64,000 bases of DNA from Candidatus Omnitrophota bacterium (GTDB lineage Bacteria > Omnitrophota > Gorgyraeia > B26-G9). Shown piece after piece: positions 57,071-64,000 of this stretch. A model generated the notes under the pieces. The model made no database searches and was not told where the DNA came from. It saw only the letters and a list, made by a program, of their open reading frames with translations. The stretch is taken from the NCBI GenBank assembly GCA_018817165.1, contig JAHITY010000088.1:2866-66865 (forward strand), written 5' to 3'. The position numbers and the translations under genes are program-made. Position 1 is the stretch's first letter. Each line of letters starts with the position of its first letter.

Positions 57071-57150
57071 CTCATTTTCCTTTTTTATTTTTTAAGCTTT
57101 TTCATCAGCCATGAGCTATGAGCCATGAGCAACTAATGCAGCGCGCTGCA

Positions 57151-58203
57151 TTAGTTCGGCATTTTCCCTTTTTTAAAAGCATTAAGAAAAGCATCTACCA
57201 CTTCTCCATCAAACTGCGTGCCTTTATTTTTTGTCAGCTCTTCCATAGCAATATCAATTGATAAAGCTTGGCGATAAGGCCGATCAGAAGTCATCGCGTC
57301 ATAAGAATCAGCTACTGCGATAATTCGAGATCTAGCCGGAATCTGCTCTTTAGTTAAACCACTGGGATAACCTTTGCCATCAACTCTTTCATGATGATAG
57401 CGAATAACATCACTGCTTTCCTGCATCCCTTCCAAAGGCGCTAAAATTTTAGAACTTTGCACCGGATGCGCTTTAATCTGCTCATACTCTTCTGCTGTCA
57501 ACCGTCCGGGCTTATTTAATACTCCATCGCGAATCGCGATTTTTCCCACATCATGCAAACGAGACTCAATATGCAGTGATTCCATAAACTGATCATCGAT
57601 CGACCAGTTATGATTATCTTTTAATTCTTCAGCAATAATCTTACTATACAAATCTACCCTCTCGGAATGACCATGCGTATAGCGATCCCGCGCTTCCAAA
57701 GCCATGGCCAAGGATAAAATAGTTTGATAAAAATTACGTTTTAATTTTTTATTCAGCTCTCCGACATTATCCACTTCTCGGGCGAGCTGATCAATTAATT
57801 TACTTTTTTCATCAAGTTCTTCGCGTAAATCATCAAACAGCTGGGCATTAACTTTTACCAAAACTTCCCGCTCCAGATAATCCAGTTTAAATGGCTTACT
57901 CACATAATCAACCGCGCCCAAAGCCTTTGCTGCCTGCATGGTTTTATCATCTTCTAAAGCTGTCACCATAATAACTTTTATACTTTTATCTACCAGCCGG
58001 ATATTACGCAGCACGGTTAATCCATCCATAATCGGCATGCGCACATCCAAAAATACCAAATGCGGTCTTTCATTTTTAATAACTTCTAATGCCTGCGCAC
58101 CGTTATTAGCGACAAAAACAGTATAATTTTTGCGCAAGAAAAAATTCTCCAAAATCTGGGTTATTTCCTGTTCATCATCAACAACCAAAATTTTAAGCAT
58201 CAA
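57151..58203 (-). CDS. Response regulator (REC) fused to HD-GYP c-di-GMP phosphodiesterase
   Basis: LVVDDE, FLDVRMP, KPF; THGHSERV, HDVGK, HHERVDGKGYP, DRPYR. Confidence 0.93.
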   Translation of the reverse strand: MMLKILVVDDEQEITQILENFFLRKNYTVFVANNGAQALEVIKNERPHLVFLDVRMPIMDGLTVLRNIRLVDKSIKVIMVTALEDDKTMQAAKALGAVDYVSKPFKLDYLEREVLVKVNAQLFDDLREELDEKSKLIDQLAREVDNVGELNKKLKRNFYQTILSLAMALEARDRYTHGHSERVDLYSKIIAEELKDNHNWSIDDQFMESLHIESRLHDVGKIAIRDGVLNKPGRLTAEEYEQIKAHPVQSSKILAPLEGMQESSDVIRYHHERVDGKGYPSGLTKEQIPARSRIIAVADSYDAMTSDRPYRQALSIDIAMEELTKNKGTQFDGEVVDAFLNAFKKGKMPN

Positions 58204-58238
58204 CTTCCCCCATTTAATCCAAAACTAAAAATTTTAAA

Positions 58239-59309
58239 TTAAATTTTCAATAACACTTCTTCGCGACAATTTTCCTGCTTAGTGATTTTTTTCTTGTTTT
58301 TTTTATACGCAGAACTAAAAGCATCAACTACCATAGCATCAAACTGAATATCCTTAAATCTTTCCAATTCTTCAAAAGCTACATCATCCGATAAAGCAGC
58401 CCGATATGGACGATCTGAGGTCATTGCGTCAAAAGCATCAGCCACAGCAATAATCCTGGCTCTTAAAGGAATCTTATTTCCCGCTTTGCGCTTAGGATAA
58501 CCCGTCCCATCATAGCGCTCATGATGACTATAAATAACCTCAATATTATCTTTAATATTTTCTAAAGGCGCTAAGATCCTAACACTTTCTCCTGGATGAC
58601 GCTTGATCTCATCATGCTCAGCATCAGTTAATTTTCCTCTTTTATTTAATACATTATCGGGAATGGCAATCTTGCCAATATCATGAAGTCGGGATTCAAT
58701 ATGCAGATCTTCTAAAAACTTATCATTAATATCAAACATTTTTGATGACTGTAATTTTTTAGCAATAAGCTTGCTGTAAACTTCCACTCTTTCTGAATGA
58801 CCATGTGTATATTTATCGCGGGATTCAAGGGCTGTGGCTAAAGATAAAATTGTTTGGTAAAAATTGCGGGATGCGCGTTCATTCAAATTGCCCAATTGAT
58901 CAATCAAATCTTGCTTCTGATTAATCTCACTTCTCAGGTCCTCAAAAAGCTGCACACTTACTTTGGCAATAACATCATGTTCCAGATAAGCTTTGGTAAA
59001 CGGTTTGCGCACAAAATCAACCGCGCCCAGACGCATGGCTTCACTGACAATTTCTTTAGTGCCAAAAGCCGTAACCATAATAACTTTTATTGTTTGATCA
59101 AAATCACGGATTTCTCGCAGCACAGTTAAGCCATCTTTTTTCGGCATACGAATATCAAGGAATACAAGATGGGGGCGATGTTCTTTGACAAGTTCAATGG
59201 CGGCTTCTCCGTCATTAGCAATGCGCACTTCATAGCCTTTTTTTGAAAAAAAACTGGCAAGGGCTTTGGCGATCTCTTGTTCATCATCAACAACTAAGAT
59301 ATCAAGCAT
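58239..59309 (-). CDS. Response regulator (REC) fused to HD-GYP c-di-GMP phosphodiesterase, paralog
   Basis: LVVDDE, FLDIRMP; THGHSERV, HDIGK, HHERYDGTGYP, DRPYR. Confidence 0.93.
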   Translation of the reverse strand: MLDILVVDDEQEIAKALASFFSKKGYEVRIANDGEAAIELVKEHRPHLVFLDIRMPKKDGLTVLREIRDFDQTIKVIMVTAFGTKEIVSEAMRLGAVDFVRKPFTKAYLEHDVIAKVSVQLFEDLRSEINQKQDLIDQLGNLNERASRNFYQTILSLATALESRDKYTHGHSERVEVYSKLIAKKLQSSKMFDINDKFLEDLHIESRLHDIGKIAIPDNVLNKRGKLTDAEHDEIKRHPGESVRILAPLENIKDNIEVIYSHHERYDGTGYPKRKAGNKIPLRARIIAVADAFDAMTSDRPYRAALSDDVAFEELERFKDIQFDAMVVDAFSSAYKKNKKKITKQENCREEVLLKI

Positions 59310-59354
59310 GGCAAACCTCCGTGTAATTACTTATTGCTAAAAAAACTAAATCCT

Positions 59355-61532
59355 TTAATTTTTTTCTAATCCAAATTGTAGCACAAAAGTCGTACCTTGA
59401 CCAACTTTACTTTTAACATTTATTGTCCCTTTATGCAAGCCCATTACCTGAGAAGCGACAAAAAGACCTAAACCTGTACCGTTCTCCTTACCCTTAGTAT
59501 AGAACGGATCAAAGATATTTTGAATATCTTTTTCGTCAATCCCTTTGCCTGTATCCGTGATCAAAACCTCTACTTTATGCTTTACTTCAGCAGTGGTGAT
59601 TTTCAGCGTACCGCCTTCACCCATTGACTGAATACCATTAACAAACAGATTAAGCAGTACTTCCTGGATCTGAGTCGGATTTCCATTGATCTCCGGAACT
59701 TCATTATATTCTTTTATCAGTTCAATATTCCCATGTTTGATTTTATGGCCGATCAACTCTAAAGTCTCATCGATCATCTCATGGACTTTTATTACTTTTA
59801 TTTCCTCCTTAGGCAAGCGCGAGAAATTAAGCAAACGATGAATTATTTTATAACCCCGCTCAGTCTGATCACTGATCTTTTGGAGAAATTTCTTTTTACT
59901 CTCATCCGTTTCATCCATCAGCAAAAGCTGTACATTTCCAGAAATAATCGCCAGAGGATTATTTATCTCATGCGCCATAGATGAGGCCAATTGACCTAAA
60001 AGATTTAATTTCTCAGATTGGATCAAGCTGGCCTGAGCGACTTTCAAATCCTCAAACAACTGCGCGGCTTTAAACGCCATGGCACTATCATTTGCCAAAA
60101 TCGAAAATGTGGAAATATCACTGATCGAATATGGGTCCGGAATTTTTTCTCCTAGAACTAAAAACCCTAATAGTTCTTTTTGATAAACCGAAGGAAGAAT
60201 AAGACTGGCTTTATACAACTCCATTATTCTTTTTAATTCCCTTAACACTTTATCTAACCCTTTGAACGGTTTTCTAAGCACATTGGGATTATTCAGCCAA
60301 TAATCAATATCTTCGTAAACCAAGACTTCCACATCATTAGCCCGCATTACCCCTTCGTCAACCAGCCTGTCCCGAATAACCGTAAACCATTTCACCAACA
60401 TACTGCCTTCTCGAATCAAAGTATCCACTGGAATCTTATGCTCACCTACTGAAGACTGCATATGATAAACCTTATTATCCTTATCATGCAAAAACATACT
60501 GATATGCATGATTTTATTATCCAACTTCTTATACAATTTAAGCAAATATCTAGGGATTATTTTTGATAATTTATCAATACTCTGGACTTCAATCGTTGTC
60601 TTTGACGCGGCTTTTAAAGACTGGTGTAGCCGAACTTGTTGCCGCATTCTTTTTTCTTCCGCTTTATTTTGAAATCTAAGATAAATATACGGACCGAGCA
60701 AAGCCAAAATTGTATACAATCCTAATGGCGGCACAAACCATTGAGTTTGAAAATACTTTACTAAATATGGTTTGCCCAAAATTAACAATGCCAGAGGAAT
60801 ACCCACAATAAAAGCATAAACTAAAAGTAATATAGCTCCACGGGTAAAAGCTACTTTTATATCCATTAATCTATATCTTAAAATAGCATATGCAAAAATA
60901 AGAGGATAAATACCAAGTAAAATATTTGATAAAGGATAAATTGGCAAACCCATTACAAGCAAAAACATAATCTCGGGCCCCGCCCAAGCAACTACACATC
61001 CTATAATAAAATATTTTATTTGATTGCGATGTATGCCTGTTATCTTACTAAAATATTTCAAAAGTAAAAAAAAGGCATATAAAAGGATAAGCCAATAAAA
61101 TATTAAATAAAATATTAAATATAACGGGTTCTCTTCCCAAGAGCAATGCATAAAATAAAATTGATCGAAAACAAAACGGATTTTAACGAAACTATCAGAT
61201 GTAAAGTTACAAATCAAAAAAAACCCATCCAACAAATAAACCCAGGAAATTAATTTTTTGTTCCCCAAGCTCGTACTTTCACAAACAAAATGAAAGAAAA
61301 AAGCGGGGGCCAAAATAGTACCACTATTTGCTATCTGCACCCAAAATAAAGCATCTGCATACGATATAGCAGTTGATGCTTTGAACATGCCAAATGCCCA
61401 TAAGGATGAAGCCAGACACGTCAAAGCTAAACTTACAGAACCTATTTGCCTTTTACCTTTCCACAAAAATATAATACCTATACAGAAAGAGGAAACAAAA
61501 GCAAATAGGCCAGTGATACTAAACATATTCAT
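59355..61532 (-). CDS. Membrane sensor histidine kinase (HisKA_7TM-like N-terminus, GAF-like, HisKA, HATPase)
   Basis: Multiple TM helices, YAILRYRLMDI, AHEINNPL, DTGKGI, GTGLGL; ATG at 61532 overlaps the upstream TGA. Confidence 0.92.
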   Translation of the reverse strand: MNMFSITGLFAFVSSFCIGIIFLWKGKRQIGSVSLALTCLASSLWAFGMFKASTAISYADALFWVQIANSGTILAPAFFFHFVCESTSLGNKKLISWVYLLDGFFLICNFTSDSFVKIRFVFDQFYFMHCSWEENPLYLIFYLIFYWLILLYAFFLLLKYFSKITGIHRNQIKYFIIGCVVAWAGPEIMFLLVMGLPIYPLSNILLGIYPLIFAYAILRYRLMDIKVAFTRGAILLLVYAFIVGIPLALLILGKPYLVKYFQTQWFVPPLGLYTILALLGPYIYLRFQNKAEEKRMRQQVRLHQSLKAASKTTIEVQSIDKLSKIIPRYLLKLYKKLDNKIMHISMFLHDKDNKVYHMQSSVGEHKIPVDTLIREGSMLVKWFTVIRDRLVDEGVMRANDVEVLVYEDIDYWLNNPNVLRKPFKGLDKVLRELKRIMELYKASLILPSVYQKELLGFLVLGEKIPDPYSISDISTFSILANDSAMAFKAAQLFEDLKVAQASLIQSEKLNLLGQLASSMAHEINNPLAIISGNVQLLLMDETDESKKKFLQKISDQTERGYKIIHRLLNFSRLPKEEIKVIKVHEMIDETLELIGHKIKHGNIELIKEYNEVPEINGNPTQIQEVLLNLFVNGIQSMGEGGTLKITTAEVKHKVEVLITDTGKGIDEKDIQNIFDPFYTKGKENGTGLGLFVASQVMGLHKGTINVKSKVGQGTTFVLQFGLEKN

Positions 61533-62968
61533 GTCAATACCTTTACAATTCTTTTCGCTACTTTTCGACCAGAAAGCGCCACTGTTGAAATACCACCTTG
61601 CCCAGCGCCAGTGATTACCCAATGGCCTATTAAAAATAAATTTTTTATTGATGTTTGATTATCTAATTTTCGGTTAGCAATTTGGTCAACGCTTGATTCC
61701 CAACCAAAAGCCGAACCATTCTTATTTATAGTATATTTATTAAATGTAACAGGTGTCGCTATCTCCATAATATCTATATTTTTTTTTAGATTAGGAAAAA
61801 GTTTATACGCTCTTTTTAAAATTTTATTTGCATAAATCATTTTGTTCTTTTTCCAAAATTCTTCACTTTCATAAGATGCCATAGAAAAAATTTGTGCCGT
61901 ATTATTTATTTTATTTGAAAAAGAATTCATTTTGCCAGGAGAAAACGAAAAAACAAGGCAAGGAATTGTCATTTTTCTTGTGTTGACTATTAAATCATTA
62001 TAAATTTTATCCAAATCATTGTGAGGAAAATCCCATATATTGCATGATTCACCAAAAATATTCTCTATTTTTTCTCTAATGCCTAAATAAATCGCAAAAT
62101 AAGATACTGATTCCTTTAATTTTTTTACAATATCAGCTTCTTTTGTTTTAACATCTAAAATTTTCCGAAAAAGATGCGTTGCATCAATACCTGAAACAAT
62201 TATCTTAGCTGAAAAACTTTCTCCTGAATCTAATACAATTCCCTGAGCCATAGTTGATTTTGTTATAATTCTTTTTACTTGCGAGGATAATATCATTTTT
62301 CCGTTCAAAGATTTAAATTTTTCTACTAACAAGTTAGTAAACTTTTGAATTCCTCCTTGGGGATAATAACCAGGATCAAGAAGAAATTCTCTTAAAAATA
62401 TTATCGCGGCAAAAGCAGAAATCTTACTTGGCGGCAATCCCATATTGCCTAGCATAAAAACACCTAGTGAAACTTTCAATTGACTGTCTTTAAAAAAAGA
62501 ATTTAAGACTGATTGAAAATTAGCTTTATGTGTTTTTCGATAAATTGCCACTGTATTAGGCTGCAAAACAAATTCGAAAAACTTTTCAATATTCCTTGAT
62601 TGTTCAGGAAATACTCTTTTAAGTTCATCCTGTGTTTTTATTGAATCTGATCTAATGTAAACAATATTTTTCTTAAGCAACAATTTATCTGAAGGATCAA
62701 ATTGCACAAATAAATCTTTAATATTAATACCAAGTTCTTTTAATATTACTGCTAATATACCTTTTTTAACTCCACCCAAAAAATGTGCTGCAGAATCAAA
62801 TACATATCCTGATCGGACAAAAGAACTACAATACCCTCCAGGGGAATGATGTTGTTCCGCTATTAAAACGTTTTTTCCCTCTTTCGCCAAATAACACCCA
62901 CAAACAAGGCCGCTTATTCCAGCGCCGATAATTATCACATCAAAATCATTTTTCTTATCATTTACCAT
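61529..62968 (-). CDS. Phytoene desaturase (CrtI/COG1233)-like FAD-dependent oxidoreductase
   Basis: DVIIIGAGISGL, EQHHSPGGYCSSF...GYVFD, ATPVTF...GSAFG, LFLIGHW. Confidence 0.88.
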   Translation of the reverse strand: MVNDKKNDFDVIIIGAGISGLVCGCYLAKEGKNVLIAEQHHSPGGYCSSFVRSGYVFDSAAHFLGGVKKGILAVILKELGINIKDLFVQFDPSDKLLLKKNIVYIRSDSIKTQDELKRVFPEQSRNIEKFFEFVLQPNTVAIYRKTHKANFQSVLNSFFKDSQLKVSLGVFMLGNMGLPPSKISAFAAIIFLREFLLDPGYYPQGGIQKFTNLLVEKFKSLNGKMILSSQVKRIITKSTMAQGIVLDSGESFSAKIIVSGIDATHLFRKILDVKTKEADIVKKLKESVSYFAIYLGIREKIENIFGESCNIWDFPHNDLDKIYNDLIVNTRKMTIPCLVFSFSPGKMNSFSNKINNTAQIFSMASYESEEFWKKNKMIYANKILKRAYKLFPNLKKNIDIMEIATPVTFNKYTINKNGSAFGWESSVDQIANRKLDNQTSIKNLFLIGHWVITGAGQGGISTVALSGRKVAKRIVKVLT

Positions 62969-64000
62969 TAGTTTATCACAAACTTTCCATTTGTTAATTT
63001 TTTATCAAGAATTTTGTCAGATAAAGACACCGCAGAACAAAACGCACCAGCAATTCCCATTCCTGGAAAAGTTTTTGCTCCCACAAGAAATAAATTCTTT
63101 ACCGGAGTTTTTATTTTCATTCTATCTAGAAGCATTTGCTTCGAATAAGCCGCAAGATCATAAATACACCCATCTGTAGAATTTAACCAGCTTTTAAAAG
63201 AAATTGGAGTTAAAATATCCTCAAACAGGACTTCTTCTATTTTAAAACAACTTTTCATTTCTTTAGTTACTAATTTAATCCAATCTTGCTTTACTTTACA
63301 ATACTGTTCAACTTTATGCTGTTTATCAAAGCTATTCCAAAAATTAACATCTGTAGGTAATAATACGACATTAAGCATAAAAATATCTTCATTTTTAAAA
63401 TCTGTAAAATCTTTTAAAGAGTGAATACTTAAAGTATATATAAGTTCCCCGCTACTAAGATCAATCCCCTTTATATCTTGCGATGGGAAATTTTTAGATT
63501 TTAATTTCTGTTCAATAATAATGCTTCCAACTGATAGAAACGTTGGATCAATCTGTGCTTTTACTGCTAAAAATACTTGCAATGCGGAAGTCGATTGACG
63601 TAAATTTTTAATTTTTCGCCTAAATCCATTCGATAAATTAAAATTTTTACTAAGGTCATTAAAAGTTTTGACAGTGTCCACATTTGATATTATTATTTTC
63701 CCATAAAAAGATCTTCCGTCCTTACATTTTACCCCTACAGCCACTTTACCCTTTTTTATAATTTCCTCAACTTCCGAATCAATAATGATCTTACCATCAT
63801 TTTTTTTAATAAAAGTAACCAATGATTCAATCAACTTACCAAATCCACCTTTTATAAAATAAGTTCCTTCTTTATAATATCCCATTATTAAGCAAATCAT
63901 ATACAAGGCCGAAACAGAGAACCGATCCAGCCCAAGATATGGCCAACCGATAGAAAGCATTTCTTTAAGTTCAGTTGATTTTGTAAATCTATTTAAAAAT
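62968..64000 (-). CDS. Second phytoene desaturase-like oxidoreductase, 5' end outside the window
   Basis: Frame open to the window edge (FLNRFTKSTELKEML...); KGGFGKL, LTPISF...GCIY, LFLVGAKTFPGMGI. Confidence 0.85.
   Translation of the reverse strand, partial: FLNRFTKSTELKEMLSIGWPYLGLDRFSVSALYMICLIMGYYKEGTYFIKGGFGKLIESLVTFIKKNDGKIIIDSEVEEIIKKGKVAVGVKCKDGRSFYGKIIISNVDTVKTFNDLSKNFNLSNGFRRKIKNLRQSTSALQVFLAVKAQIDPTFLSVGSIIIEQKLKSKNFPSQDIKGIDLSSGELIYTLSIHSLKDFTDFKNEDIFMLNVVLLPTDVNFWNSFDKQHKVEQYCKVKQDWIKLVTKEMKSCFKIEEVLFEDILTPISFKSWLNSTDGCIYDLAAYSKQMLLDRMKIKTPVKNLFLVGAKTFPGMGIAGAFCSAVSLSDKILDKKLTNGKFVIN

Noticed and set aside
61533-61622. N-terminal extension of the histidine kinase in the track
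   Set aside because: Lies within the upstream oxidoreductase; ATGA coupling at 61529-61532 is the better start

Overview
AT-rich bacterial chromosomal window with almost every gene on the minus strand; gene content and intergenic style suggest an uncultured PVC-related lineage such as Ca. Omnitrophota (inference only). (1) 1-9.9 kb is a defence island next to tRNA-Gln(CTG): a Rad50/RloC-like ATPase, type I R-M hsdS/hsdM, an ORF6N protein, RadC, a truncated DUF2924 gene, an AbiE-type toxin-antitoxin pair and a duplicated tRNA 3' end. (2) Housekeeping genes gltX, dxs, xseAB, frameshifted prfB and tRNA-Leu, followed by a lexA-small ORF-dinB cassette with a candidate new SOS box. (3) Three unrelated, normally cytoplasmic enzymes (carbamate kinase, HD hydrolase, radical SAM) that share a C-terminal x-(Q/R)-(A/S)-I tail; two also share a signal peptide plus an MLSP motif. 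This is the best candidate for an undescribed exported-enzyme system. (4) An ECF sigma/anti-sigma pair and pgi. (5) A ~17 kb co-oriented envelope cluster: small MerR-type HTH, ExeA-like ATPase, GspC/PilP-like protein, two secretin + coiled-coil/TPR modules, a degenerate HD-GYP protein, giant coiled-coil proteins and a TPR-fused Wza. (6) Metabolic genes (NUDIX, gap, tandem galT with one catalytically degenerate copy, fmt, priA, pcm, glycolipid enzymes, mtnP) and a module of two phytoene-desaturase-like oxidoreductases, a membrane histidine kinase and two REC-HD-GYP proteins. Many intergenic gaps carry degenerate 6-7-nt tandem repeats. No CRISPR array, rRNA or integrase was seen. All calls come from motif recognition; no database searches were run.
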